From the NCBI GenBank assembly GCA_963716725.1, contig CAVQUB010000010.1:128001-192000 (forward strand): DNA of 64,000 nt, read 5' to 3'. Below are positions 32,204 to 55,298 of the stretch, one piece after another (position 1 is the first letter of the stretch; each line of letters begins with the position of its first letter). The notes under the pieces are model-generated. The model had not been told where the DNA came from. It ran no database searches and saw only the letters and a list, made by a program, of their open reading frames with translations. The position numbers and the translations under genes were made by a program. This DNA comes from an uncultured delta proteobacterium. GTDB taxonomy: Bacteria > Myxococcota_A > Polyangia > Polyangiales > Polyangiaceae.

Positions 32204-33979
32204 TTACCTGAGTGATGCGCGCTTTTCCAGCGCCCGAGTCCAATTGAACCATCCGTGGCGCTGATCTGCCGGGGAGGTCTCCTGGGGATCCCCCGGTCGC
32301 CACGGCGCCGGCTCGATGCTGGGCGGCGTAGATTTGGGCGCGCCTTTGAGGATGAAGGGGTGCGCGAAGTAGGTGGAGCAGGCGTAAAACGGGTTCCGAT
32401 AGAACTCCCAGTGGAAGTACACCTTGCCGTCGCCGGAGACGATTTCGCGGGGCGGAGCGCCGAAGGGGCTGGCCCGCATCACGCTCTCCAGCGCGGCGAT
32501 GTCGAAAGCCGTCACTCCGCTGGTGTGCGTGACGCCCATCCGCACGACCTTGCCTTCGTCCTTGTCTAGGACGATCTCGAGGTGCGTCTTCATGTCCGCA
32601 CGGTTCATCGGGTGCGTCCCCGGCAAGGTGTCTAGGGACGCCAAGAAAGAGTCGGCAAAGATCGGGTGCAACCGGTTGTGGACCGCGTTCAGGAAGCTGG
32701 CGAAGGGAACACGCGCGGTGTTCAGCGCGGTTTGGTTCCCCGGCTTGACGCTCGCCACGTAGTTCTCGATGGACGCCCGCCAGCGCTCGATGCCCAGGGA
32801 CTTCCACGAGCCCCGGTGCGCGCTCTTGCGGCGTTCCGAGTCGCGGTGTTTCTCCTTGATCAATCGATCGCGACCAACTGCGGCCAGCGCTTGTCGCGGC
32901 GACAGGTTCAGATTCACTCCGCTCGAGGTCGTGCCGAGCGCGCCGAGTCCGAGCATGGAGCTAGCGCCTCCTGCGCCCTTCATCGGCGGCAGGCGCTTCT
33001 TCTTGGCGCGTCGGGCCTTCTGAGCGGCCTGCGCGGCGCGCGCCTCAGCCACCGACCAACTGCCTTGAGCCGAATCGGTCGTCCCGGGAGCGGGATCGAC
33101 TTCTTCCTTGGCTGCCCGCGCTTTCTGCCCCGCTTGCGCCGGGTCCTTACCGGCCCGCTTCGAGGCCTCGCTGCCCTTGTCGCTGCTCGGGGCCTTCGCT
33201 TCGGTGCCGGGTGAAGGCGGCGGAGCTTGGGCCGCGGCGGTCTGCTCGGGCTTGCCCTCTTCGTCCGGGCTGGTCGGAGCGCGATTGTCGCCTGCCTGGT
33301 CTTCGGACTGCGCGACGCGGGACTCTTCCGAGTTGCCCGGGTTCTTGTGCGCGGAAGCGTGGGCGCCGCCGGGAGTGGGCTTGGGATCGTTCTGGTCGGT
33401 CGATGTGATCCGAGCCTGGGTTTCCTTCTTCACGCGGTTGGCCTGGTCGGCGATGTGCGCGGCGTTCGGGTTGTCCTTCTGGTCCTTGTCCTCGACGTGT
33501 TGCACCACGGCGACGCGCTTCTGCACCTGGGCCTTCGGGAGGTCTTTGGGCTCCTCCGGCTTCGCCTCTTCCTTCTTGGCTTCCTTCTTCTCGACCTCGA
33601 CCTTTGGCGCCTCGGGCTTCGGATCGGTCACCTCCGGCGGAGTCGGATCTTCCTTCTTGGCTTCCTCTCGCTTCGCCGTGGACTCGTCCTTCTCGGAGGG
33701 GTCCTCGGTCGGATCCGCCGGGTCCTCTGCTTCCTTCGAGGACGACTGCGACTTGGACTCTTCGGGCGGGGTGCTCTCGTTCGCCGACTCATCGACCAGC
33801 GCGATCTCGACCTCCCCCGCGCCGCGGATCTGCCGCTGTACGCTGGCCGCGAAGCGCTTGATGTCGAGGGTCTCCTCGAAGGCCCGTGAGAGCTTGGACG
33901 CACCCCCGCCCCAGACCAAGTGCGCGAGCAGCGCCGTGGCGATCCAGAGAAAAAGCGGAATGTTCGAGTCGCGAGTCAT
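32204..33979 (-). CDS. TonB/TolA-family energy transducer-like protein
   Basis: N-terminal TM with His (ALLAHL), long E/K/P-rich linker, C-terminal SGVTAFDIAALESVMRASPFGAPP. Confidence 0.75.
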   Translation of the reverse strand: MTRDSNIPLFLWIATALLAHLVWGGGASKLSRAFEETLDIKRFAASVQRQIRGAGEVEIALVDESANESTPPEESKSQSSSKEAEDPADPTEDPSEKDESTAKREEAKKEDPTPPEVTDPKPEAPKVEVEKKEAKKEEAKPEEPKDLPKAQVQKRVAVVQHVEDKDQKDNPNAAHIADQANRVKKETQARITSTDQNDPKPTPGGAHASAHKNPGNSEESRVAQSEDQAGDNRAPTSPDEEGKPEQTAAAQAPPPSPGTEAKAPSSDKGSEASKRAGKDPAQAGQKARAAKEEVDPAPGTTDSAQGSWSVAEARAAQAAQKARRAKKKRLPPMKGAGGASSMLGLGALGTTSSGVNLNLSPRQALAAVGRDRLIKEKHRDSERRKSAHRGSWKSLGIERWRASIENYVASVKPGNQTALNTARVPFASFLNAVHNRLHPIFADSFLASLDTLPGTHPMNRADMKTHLEIVLDKDEGKVVRMGVTHTSGVTAFDIAALESVMRASPFGAPPREIVSGDGKVYFHWEFYRNPFYACSTYFAHPFILKGAPKSTPPSIEPAPWRPGDPQETSPADQRHGWFNWTRALEKRASLR

Positions 33980-34049
33980 CGCGGCACGGTGCGTGAGGCC
34001 CGTCTAACGTAACACCCGACCCCCGGACCAGCAATCGAGCGGGGGCCCG

Positions 34050-34892
34050 CTAAACCTTCGAGATCACTTCCCAGTGGTCGGCGATTTCCTGCGCCGTCCA
34101 GACTCCCTGGTCGGAGTCCTTGAACTTTCCGGCGCTCTCCACGACCTTGTAGATGCTGAGCTTTCCGCCTGCGACGGAAACCACGGCACCGCTCAGGTCC
34201 CGCGAAAGGTCGCTCCCGAGGAACAAGTGCGCCGGGGCCACATGCTCCGGGGTCATGCTCTGGATCTTCTCGAACATCGGCAGATCTTCGGTCATGCGAG
34301 TCTTGGCGATGGGGGCCACGGCGTTCACGCGGATGCCGTGGCGCTGGAGCTCGATGGATGCGGTGCGCGTCAACCCGTAGATGCCGGCCTTGGCCGCCGA
34401 GTAGTTGGCTTGACCGAAATTGCCCAGCATGCCCGAGACGCTGGTGGTGTTGATGATGCTGCCCGGGGAGCCTTGGGCGCGCATCTGCGTCGCCGCCGCC
34501 TGCGTGCAGAGGAAGCTCCCGGTCAGGTGAACGGCGATCACGGCGTCCCACATCGCGTCGTCCATCTTGAGCAGGGTCTTGTCGCGCAAGATGCCGGCAT
34601 TGTTGACCAGCACGTCCAGCCGTCCAAAGGCATCGACGGCGGCCGCCACGATGGCGCCGGCGCCGGTGCGGGTCGCGACGGAGTCCGGGTTTGCGACGGC
34701 CTCCCCGCCAGCGGCGCGGATCTCGCTGACCACGGCGTCGGCGGGAGAAGCGCTCTCTCCGGTGCCGTCCCGCGCTCCGCCCACGTCATTCACCACGACC
34801 TTCGCGCCTTCGCGGGCGAAGAGCAGCGCCGTGGCCCGGCCGATGCCGCCACCGGCGCCCGTGACGATCGCGACCTTACCTTCGAGAAGCAT
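34050..34892 (-). CDS. SDR family oxidoreductase
   Basis: TGAGGGIG, NNAGILRD, YSAAK. Confidence 0.93.
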   Translation of the reverse strand: MLLEGKVAIVTGAGGGIGRATALLFAREGAKVVVNDVGGARDGTGESASPADAVVSEIRAAGGEAVANPDSVATRTGAGAIVAAAVDAFGRLDVLVNNAGILRDKTLLKMDDAMWDAVIAVHLTGSFLCTQAAATQMRAQGSPGSIINTTSVSGMLGNFGQANYSAAKAGIYGLTRTASIELQRHGIRVNAVAPIAKTRMTEDLPMFEKIQSMTPEHVAPAHLFLGSDLSRDLSGAVVSVAGGKLSIYKVVESAGKFKDSDQGVWTAQEIADHWEVISKV

Positions 34893-34901
34893 GCGCCGTG
34901 A

Positions 34902-35279
34902 CTAGCGCGCTTGGGTCACTGCGTCACGCGGAGCGTCGCTTCGCCGTGGCGCGACCAACAAATCAACCACCAACGCCAGGGCAGTTCCAAAGGCTGCGCC
35001 CGCCACGTCCCAGGTGAAGTCCTTCGCGCTGGCGTGGCCGTGACCACTCGCGTCGTAGATCTCCTTCGCCCCGCCCAGGGTGAGCGAAAACCCGGCGCCC
35101 GCGGCGGCCCGCTGCCAGCGTTCGTCGAGCAGCGCGGTCGAAGCAGCGTATCCGCCGGCCGCGAGGCCGGCAGATGCCCCGAAATGCAGCGCCTTGTCCC
35201 GACCCCACCAGGGATCACTTTCCTCGGCACGAGCGGGTGCGGACAGGGACGTCAACGCAAGAAAGAGAAGGAGTCGCAC
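34902..35279 (-). CDS. YfiM/DUF2279-like protein
   Basis: [12 protein letters not shown]...GGAKEIYD...[11 protein letters not shown]. Confidence 0.75.
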   Translation of the reverse strand: MRLLLFLALTSLSAPARAEESDPWWGRDKALHFGASAGLAAGGYAASTALLDERWQRAAAGAGFSLTLGGAKEIYDASGHGHASAKDFTWDVAGAAFGTALALVVDLLVAPRRSDAPRDAVTQAR

Positions 35280-35408
35280 GGCCCCGACGCTCCCACGGCC
35301 ACGCCGCGCCGTCGACTGGGCGCCGATCTCGGCACGCGAAAGTGCGCTGACGAAGCGGACGCGCGCCGTGTTCCCGCAGGGGCACCTGCGCGCTAGGCTG
35401 GCGCGCCC

Positions 35409-37469
<2,061 letters not shown>

Positions 37470-37479
37470 GGCCGCGGCT

Positions 37480-38793
37480 TCACTTTGCGATGCGTTCGAT
37501 CACGAGCGGCGCCACGGTCGGCGCCTTCTTGCCGATCGTAAATGCGGCGGCAGTGCGGGCCACCAGGGCGGCCGCGTTCTTCTTGTTCGAGAGGTGCAGC
37601 AGCGCCAGCGGCTCTCCCTTCGAGACGCGGGCGCCGGGCTTGGCACACAGCTCGATGCCGACCGCCGGATCGACCTTCTGATCGGCGCGGGTGCGGCCGG
37701 CGCCGAGCGCGACCGCCGTGAGCCCGAGCTCGAGCGCGTCGGTGCGCGTGACGAAGCCAGCCGCGGGAGCGGGCACCTCCACCCGGTGGCGGGCGCGGGG
37801 CAGGCGCGACGGATCGTCGACGACCCGCGGGTCGCCGCCCTGGGCCTTGACCATACGGGCGAGCACCGCCAGGCCGCTGCCGTCGGCGAGGGCTCTTTCC
37901 AGCTGTTTTCGCGCCTCGGCAGGCTTCTTCGCCGCGCCGCCGAGTAGCAGCATCTCGGCGCCGAGGGCCAGGGTGAGCTCGCGAGTGTCTGCGGGGCCTC
38001 GGTCCATCAAGATCTCGATGGCCTCGCGGGTCTCGAGCGCGTTGCCGATGGTCGTGCCGATGGGCACGCTCATGTCCGTGAGGAGCGCCACGACCTTCTT
38101 GCCGGCGCGAGTCCCGACGCGCACCAAGGCCTTGGCCAATGCCCGGGCCGCCGCCAGGTCCTTCATGAACGCGCCGCGGCCGACCTTCACGTCGAGCACC
38201 AGGCCGTCGATGCCTTCGGCGAGCTTCTTGGACAGGATGCTGGCGACGATCAGCGGGATGCACTCGACGGTGCCGGTCACGTCGCGGAGCGCGTAGATGC
38301 GCTTGTCGGCCGGGGCGAGGCGCGAGGTCTGGCCGATCATCGACACGCCGACCTCGCGCACGATGCGCTCGAAGTTCTTCGCGTCGATGTCCACGCGATA
38401 GCCGGGGATGGCCTCGAGCTTGTCGAGCGTGCCGCCGGTGTGCCCGAGGCCGCGCCCGGAGATCATCGGCACCGCCACGCCGCAGGCCGCGACCAGGGGC
38501 GCGAGGCAGATGCTGATCTTGTCGCCGACGCCGCCGGTCGAGTGTTTGTCGACCTTGCCGCGCTTCACGCTCGGCAGGTCGAGCACGTCGCCGGAGTGCA
38601 GCATGGCTTCGGTCAGCGCTACGGTCTCCGCGTCGTCGAGGCCGCGCAGGAAGGTGGCCATCAGCCAGGCGCTCATCTGGTAGTCGGCGACCTCGCCCCG
38701 CACGAAGGCGTCGATGAAGGCGCGGACCTCGGCGGGGGAGTGGGTGCCACCGTCGCGCTTGGCGATGATCAGCTCGACCGGGCTCTTGTTCAT
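37480..38793 (-). CDS. Thymidine/pyrimidine-nucleoside phosphorylase
   Basis: DKHSTGGVGDK, SGRGLGHTGGTLDKLE, SILSKK; ATG at 38793. Confidence 0.95.
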   Translation of the reverse strand: MNKSPVELIIAKRDGGTHSPAEVRAFIDAFVRGEVADYQMSAWLMATFLRGLDDAETVALTEAMLHSGDVLDLPSVKRGKVDKHSTGGVGDKISICLAPLVAACGVAVPMISGRGLGHTGGTLDKLEAIPGYRVDIDAKNFERIVREVGVSMIGQTSRLAPADKRIYALRDVTGTVECIPLIVASILSKKLAEGIDGLVLDVKVGRGAFMKDLAAARALAKALVRVGTRAGKKVVALLTDMSVPIGTTIGNALETREAIEILMDRGPADTRELTLALGAEMLLLGGAAKKPAEARKQLERALADGSGLAVLARMVKAQGGDPRVVDDPSRLPRARHRVEVPAPAAGFVTRTDALELGLTAVALGAGRTRADQKVDPAVGIELCAKPGARVSKGEPLALLHLSNKKNAAALVARTAAAFTIGKKAPTVAPLVIERIAK

Positions 38794-38801
38794 GGCCGTA
38801 C

Positions 38802-38838
38802 AAAACCACCGCGCCCCGGCGGTTGTCACCGGGGCGCG
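38802..38838 (-). terminator. Probable intrinsic terminator of the vWA/MopE operon
   Basis: Minus strand CGCGCCCCGGTG-ACAAC-CGCCGGGGCGCG followed by GTGGTTTTG. Confidence 0.55.
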
Positions 38839-38861
38839 AGGATGTTTGGGTTTTCCCGGGG

Positions 38862-49910
<11,049 letters not shown>

Positions 49911-50150
49911 GCGCACACCCTCGAAATATTGGCCCCATGAGGCGGCCGTGTCGAGCCGAGCCTGCCCGCTCGACTCAAGGAAGCTGAGCCACTCTGAAAG
50001 CTACACGGTCGGGGTCCGGTCCTCAAGGCTCGAGCGGACTTTCTGGCGCACTTGGACCTACAGCAATTGTCGAGGTTGTCTGGGCCGGAGCCGCAAGTCT
50101 TGCGGCCGCCCGGTGACGCGGCCCTCGAGGAACGCTAATGCTCGGTCCCA

Positions 50151-50212
50151 GCCTCGTCCGCCTCGTCCGCCTCGTCCGCCTCGTCCGCCTCGTCCGCCTC
50201 GTCCGCCTCGTC
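50151..50212 (+). repeat. 9-bp tandem repeat (GCCTCGTCC) x6.9
   Basis: Six perfect units plus 8/9 of a seventh, ending at the GGAG preceding ATG 50226. Confidence 0.95.
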
Positions 50213-50225
50213 GGAGATCTTGCCC

Positions 50226-51265
50226 ATGGCCAAGCCGCTCGGCCGCCCGAAAGGGCGCTTCACTCAGCATCGCCGCCTCGACGTGGTGCGCGATCTTCTG
50301 GCTCGGCAGCCCCGCGGGCTCACGCTCTACGAGCTCGCCGACGCCATCGACGTGAGCGCGCGCACGATGCGCCGCTACCTGAAAGAGATGGAGCGCGAAG
50401 ACGACCTCGAGAGCCACCAGGTGAAGGGCGGGGGGCGCTGCTCTGGCGCATCCGGCAGAGCGAGATCTCCCGCAAGGTCGAGCTCCGGCGCACGCAGGCC
50501 TACGCGCTGCTCGCGGCGCGTCGTCTGTTCGAGCCGATGCGAGGCTCGGCCCTGTTCGACGAGATCGATCTCGCCATCAACAAGCTGCTCGCGTTCGCCC
50601 AGCGTCCGGGGCGGGGGCCGAACGCGGGGCTCGCCGATGCGCGCCTCGAAGACCGCTTCTTGTACCTGCCCTTCGCGCCGAAAATGTACGCGGAGAAGAC
50701 CGAAGAGCTCGACGACCTGTTCCAGGCGGTCTCCGATCTGCGGCCGCTCAGTCTCGCCTACCGCAGCGCTGCCAAGAAGACCGAAGAGCGCATCACCATC
50801 CATCCCTACGCGTTGGTGCTTCACCGCGACGCCATCTACTGCGTGGGCTTGCACGTCGACAAAGACGAAATCCGCACCTTCGTGCTCGACCGCATGCGCG
50901 ACACGGACTGCGGGGTGTCCGAGCGCTTCACCTTGCCCGATGACTTCAAGATCGACGACTACTTTCAGGGGGAGTTGGGCATCTGGCGCAGCGAGACGCG
51001 GCACAAGGTGGTGATCGATTTCGACGCTCAAGGAGCCGACTACCTGCGCACGCGCAAGGTGCACGGCTCCCAGAAGCTGCAGGCCATCGCGGGTGGCGGC
51101 GTGCGGCTCAGCATGACCCTGGGGAATCTGAACCCCGTGGTGAGCTGGGCGCTCGAGTGGGGACCGCGCGCCAAGGTGGTGGAGCCCCCGGAGCTCGTCG
51201 AGAGGGTGCGCGCAGAGCTGGACCAGGCGCTGGCGCAGTACAAGAAGAAGCGCTCCAAGAAGTAG
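50226..51265 (+). CDS. HTH-WYL-WCX transcriptional regulator (1-nt frameshift at a G-run near 50430)
   Basis: wHTH (LTLYELADAIDVSARTMRRYL); IHPYALV..IYCVG..RTFVLDRM; WALEWGPRAKVVEPPEL. Confidence 0.88.
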
Positions 51266-51297
51266 CGACCGCGGCCGAACGCCTGCCGCTACTTCCC

Positions 51298-51912
51298 TTA
51301 CTTCCCCTGCGCGCGGTAGTGCCGGTAGTACGCCAGCACCTTGCCGACGTAGGCCTGGGTCTCTTCGTAGGGGGGGATGCCGCCGTTGCGGATCACGGCG
51401 TTCTCGCCCGCGTTGTAGGCAGCGACGGTCAGCTCCAGATCGCCGTTGAACATGTTGGCCAGCACTCGCAGGTACCGCGTGCCGCCGAAGATGTTCTGCC
51501 GAGGATCGAAATGATCGGTGACCAGCATGCGCTCCGCGGTCTCGGGGATCATCTGCATCAGCCCGCGGGCGTTGGCTCGGGACACCGCTCGCGGGTCGAA
51601 GTCGCTCTCCACCTTGATCACGGCGCGGACCAGCTCTTCGGGGATCTGATAGAGCGTGGCGGCCTGCCGGATGTACAGGTCGTAGCGCGAGAAGCGCTCC
51701 GGGGAGGTGTCCCGAGGCATGAAGACCGGGATCTTCGGCTTGTCCTTGGCGTAGAGCGCGCTCGACTGGCCCGTGGGGCGGCTCGTGAAGCTCACCACGC
51801 CGTCGGAGTCGACGGTCTTGTAGATGTCCGCCCGCCCGGTGCCGCTGAAGGTGAGCAGGGCCGCGCCGGCGACTGTCGCGGCGAAACGGAGGTGGGTCGA
51901 GGGCAAATTCAC
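51298..51912 (-). CDS. Lytic transglycosylase with N-terminal DUF4124-like domain
   Basis: IYKTVDSDGVVSFT; VESDF, GLMQ, AYNAGE, ETQAYV. Confidence 0.9.
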   Translation of the reverse strand: MNLPSTHLRFAATVAGAALLTFSGTGRADIYKTVDSDGVVSFTSRPTGQSSALYAKDKPKIPVFMPRDTSPERFSRYDLYIRQAATLYQIPEELVRAVIKVESDFDPRAVSRANARGLMQMIPETAERMLVTDHFDPRQNIFGGTRYLRVLANMFNGDLELTVAAYNAGENAVIRNGGIPPYEETQAYVGKVLAYYRHYRAQGK

Positions 51913-52028
51913 GAGCTTGCGCGGATCGTACGGGAAACGCCGGGGCCCGGTCCAAGAATTCCGCCTTCGATAAGTCGGCTCGCGCCGGGTACACTCCGAC
52001 CCCCGGCGCCAAAGGCCCGGGAAGCGCC

Positions 52029-53678
52029 ATGCCCGAACGAGAGCCCCAGACCGATCGCCGCCGGCGCCGCCGCCGCGGCCCACCACAGAAGCCTCAGCAG
52101 TCCGCGGTCGCGGCCATCGCCGCGGCCAAGCCGCCGGTCGACGTGGCGAAGCCCGCCGACGCGCCCCTGTCCGAAGCAGAGGCCGCCGAGATGCGCGTGC
52201 ACCTGCGTTTTCTCAAAGAGCATCGGAAGATCCTCGCGCTCAAGCTGAATGCGGCCGAGGACTTGCTGCTCAACGGCGCGCGGGAGCCCACCCACCGCGG
52301 CGTGTGTCAGCACCTGCTCGACAAAGTCGAGAAGAGCCGGGTCGAGCTGGCCGCGCCGCGACTCGATCTCGGAAGTCGCATGCGCCTGCTCGAGGGCATC
52401 ATCCGCTTCTCGCCGGACATCGCCTACCTGTTGCTCTACCTCGAGAGCCTCAAGGACGCCTCCCGTCCCGATGCAGTGCCGGCGCTCACGGCTGCGCTGC
52501 GGCGCATCGACTTCGAGACGGTGAGCGCGGCACAGATGCGCCGGGTGCTCGACCTGATCGTGGAGCTCACCCGCGAGCGCGATCGACCCCAGCTCCTGTT
52601 CAGCCTGCTCTCGAGCTCGACCTTCCAGAAGGCCTTCGATGCTTCGGCCGAGCGCCTGCCGGACGCGCTTGCCGGCATCGTCGTGCCGCTGCGAGCTGCC
52701 CACGCGGTCATCGTGCGGGGCGCGCCGAACCCCACCGACGCCGACTCGCTGGCGCGCGGTGCGGAGATGCTGCTCTCGCTCCCCGAGAGTGTGCTGAGGA
52801 GCCAGTCGCCAGCGGTCTGTCGCCGGCTCTTCGAGGTCGGCATCGAGCTCGCCACCGAACCTCGGGACAAGTGCACCGCGGGCTTGCGCGTGCTCTTCGA
52901 GGCCATGCCGCGCGGCGATCGCGCCTACGCCGATGCCGCCCTCGCGCTGTCGCGCTGGCTGCTCGCGCGAGGCCTCGAGCGTGACGCCCGGGCGCTCTTC
53001 GCGGTCCTCGCCAAAGACAAGGTCGAGGTCCCACGCCACTGGGTCGTCGCCCTCGACGGCAAGCGCATCGGTGGCATCGGGCTCACGGAGCGACCACCGC
53101 GTGAAGACCCGAACCGGGCGCCCCGGGAGTCGTTCGTGAGCGGTGTGCAGCTGTCCAAGCAGCGGTCCGTGTGGCTGCGCGTCGGCGCGCCCTCCGACGT
53201 CGAGCGCTACGCGCGGGCAGCGGAGCTGTCCAAGAGCATCGCCCTGGTCGGCGTGGCGCCTGTCGTCGAGCACGGGCTCACCGAGCAAGGCCAGCCCTAC
53301 CTCGCGGTGGAGCATCACGGGCGCGCGGCCAACGAGGTCCTGCTCGGCAAATCGGGGACGACCAAGTCCTCGGCCCTCGCCCTCTGCGGCGAAGCGTCGG
53401 CGATCCTCGGGGCGCTGGGCCTGTGCGGGGTGCGGCTCCCCGACGTGCGCTTCCGTCGCTTCGCCGTCGATGACCACGGACGGCTCTGGCTGCGCGACCT
53501 GATGGACGCAGAGCGCGCCGCCGACGCGGCGGAGCACAACACCCGGCTCGCCCTCGAGTTCTGTTTCGATGTGCTGACGCGAGTGCCGCGCTTGGCGCTT
53601 TCGAGCGCCAGCGAAGAGAGCCTGCGCGGGGCGACCGACACCGTCGCGCTCGCGCGGGCCCTGGAAGCGCTCGCCTGA
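52029..53678 (+). CDS. Hypothetical protein: helical N-terminus and degenerate kinase-like C-terminus
   Basis: 549-aa ORF; QGQPYLAVE, GVRLPDVRFRRFAV, LWLRD. Confidence 0.65.
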   Translation: MPEREPQTDRRRRRRRGPPQKPQQSAVAAIAAAKPPVDVAKPADAPLSEAEAAEMRVHLRFLKEHRKILALKLNAAEDLLLNGAREPTHRGVCQHLLDKVEKSRVELAAPRLDLGSRMRLLEGIIRFSPDIAYLLLYLESLKDASRPDAVPALTAALRRIDFETVSAAQMRRVLDLIVELTRERDRPQLLFSLLSSSTFQKAFDASAERLPDALAGIVVPLRAAHAVIVRGAPNPTDADSLARGAEMLLSLPESVLRSQSPAVCRRLFEVGIELATEPRDKCTAGLRVLFEAMPRGDRAYADAALALSRWLLARGLERDARALFAVLAKDKVEVPRHWVVALDGKRIGGIGLTERPPREDPNRAPRESFVSGVQLSKQRSVWLRVGAPSDVERYARAAELSKSIALVGVAPVVEHGLTEQGQPYLAVEHHGRAANEVLLGKSGTTKSSALALCGEASAILGALGLCGVRLPDVRFRRFAVDDHGRLWLRDLMDAERAADAAEHNTRLALEFCFDVLTRVPRLALSSASEESLRGATDTVALARALEALA

Positions 53679-53775
53679 TCGGCGCGCCTACTCCGAGTCG
53701 GTCAGGTAGGTGTAGCTTCGCAGCGCCTGCTCGTAGTGCTGCATGAGCGTGCGCATCTGCTCGTTGGTCAGGCGT
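53439..53775. repeat. 337-bp direct repeat, left copy (3' end of 52029-53678 plus duplicated 3' end of speA)
   Basis: Matches 60602-60938 with 8 mismatches by manual alignment. Confidence 0.95.
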
Positions 53776-53798
53776 TCGGCACGAGATCGCCTCGATGC

Positions 53799-55298
53799 TC
53801 ACGAACCCCCGACCCCACCCTTGCTGGGGTGGTGCTCGTCGTAGAGCGATGGGTACGCGCACTTCGAGGCGGCGTTCACGATGCGGTAGCCGATGAGCGG
53901 GTCGGACTGGTCGTCGTGGTCGAACGAGTCGCTGTAGTCGAGGAACCCGAACCACAGCTCGTCCTGGTAGCGGAGGAGCTGGAGGTTTCGGGCGTCGAGA
54001 CCCGGCGAGAGCGACGTGTCGCAAGTGTCGGTGCGCCAACACGACTCAAACGAGTGGGTGACCACCGGCCGCTGCTCCGCGAGTGCGTCGCCTTCGATTT
54101 CGAACGCGTCGATGTGCGCGTGGATCTTGCCCATCATCATCCACCCCTTCGAGGTTCGCGAAAGCACCCGCTGGCGCATGCCTCCCGCAGGCTCGGGGAT
54201 GACAATTGCGGGGGTCTCGGGCACGAAGCCGTTGAGACGTTGCACGTAGCTGTCGTTGTCGATGTTCTGTCCCATCCAGCCCAGCACCACCTGCTCCCCG
54301 TCCAGAGCAACCGCGGGCCACCCGGAGAACTTCGACGACTCTGGCGGAACTCCCTGCGCTGCGACCGCCCTGGCGAAATACGGGTCGTCGGGAAAGAGCG
54401 GCGTCCCGTCCCGCAGGTGGCCGCTGAGGCTCACGCCGCTGCCTCCGGGGTAGGCGAACACCGTCGTGCCCGTCACGGGATCGGTCGCGACGGAGAATGC
54501 GTCTTGCACCACGGCGGAGGACGCGACGACGTCGGGCCCGGAGAGCAACGTGCCGTCCGGGGAGAGCCGAACCAAGCGAATGCCCCAGTCTTGCAGGCCG
54601 GGGTTGCTGAGCCCGAAGTGCAACGCGAAGGCCTCGCCGTCCCAGGCGATCTCCCAGAGGAAGAGCTCCGAGGTCGGCCAGGGTGGAGTCCACACCGTTT
54701 GCTTCTCGGGTTGGTCGAGACGGGTGAGAAGGATCTTTTGGATTGGATCCGCGGCGAGTGATGGTCGGTACCCAATTCCAATGGCAGTTGTCCCGTCGGG
54801 CGAAACCGCCACGTCTGCAACTGCACCGCTCAAAACCCATGGCGAGATCCCTTCGGGGAATACGTCGTAGATGGCGTGGCCAAAGGTCGCGCCGCTGGAT
54901 CCGGGGAACGTAGTCAGGACCATGTGCGCCGTGAGTCGCTCGGAGTCGCTCGGGTCGACACTGTAGGCACTCCACACCATGTGGAGACCGGTCGCGTCCC
55001 TCCAGAACGGGTGCACGGGGAGATGGGTGCTCCTGATCGACACCGAGGCCCAGGTGCGTGTGGGCGGGAGCATGGAGACACTCACCCTGTACTCCACGCA
55101 ATCGCTGCTCGCCTCACCACCGGTTCCGCCCCCGCCTGCGTCGCACACGCAGGGCTCACCCGGCTCGGCGCCAGCTTCTTCGCCGTCGCTGCACCCGATC
55201 AGGCTCAGCGCAAGCAGCGCGACGTAGGCCCAGCGCGCGAGCCCGGCCGGGTCGTCGCAGGCGCGCGTTGCGCCACTCCCTGCCGCGGGTGGCTTCAA
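53799..55298 (-). CDS. Putative lipoprotein, beta-rich, unknown function
   Basis: Lipobox LIGC; TTG start overlaps upstream stop (TTGA). Confidence 0.65.
   Translation of the reverse strand: MKPPAAGSGATRACDDPAGLARWAYVALLALSLIGCSDGEEAGAEPGEPCVCDAGGGGTGGEASSDCVEYRVSVSMLPPTRTWASVSIRSTHLPVHPFWRDATGLHMVWSAYSVDPSDSERLTAHMVLTTFPGSSGATFGHAIYDVFPEGISPWVLSGAVADVAVSPDGTTAIGIGYRPSLAADPIQKILLTRLDQPEKQTVWTPPWPTSELFLWEIAWDGEAFALHFGLSNPGLQDWGIRLVRLSPDGTLLSGPDVVASSAVVQDAFSVATDPVTGTTVFAYPGGSGVSLSGHLRDGTPLFPDDPYFARAVAAQGVPPESSKFSGWPAVALDGEQVVLGWMGQNIDNDSYVQRLNGFVPETPAIVIPEPAGGMRQRVLSRTSKGWMMMGKIHAHIDAFEIEGDALAEQRPVVTHSFESCWRTDTCDTSLSPGLDARNLQLLRYQDELWFGFLDYSDSFDHDDQSDPLIGYRIVNAASKCAYPSLYDEHHPSKGGVGGS

Noticed and set aside
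49950..49974. 7-bp inverted repeat GTCGAGC-N11-GCTCGAC as a WYL operator
   Set aside because: Too short to distinguish from chance in GC-rich DNA.
50151..50212. CRISPR array
   Set aside because: Contiguous 9-bp units with no spacers and no cas genes.
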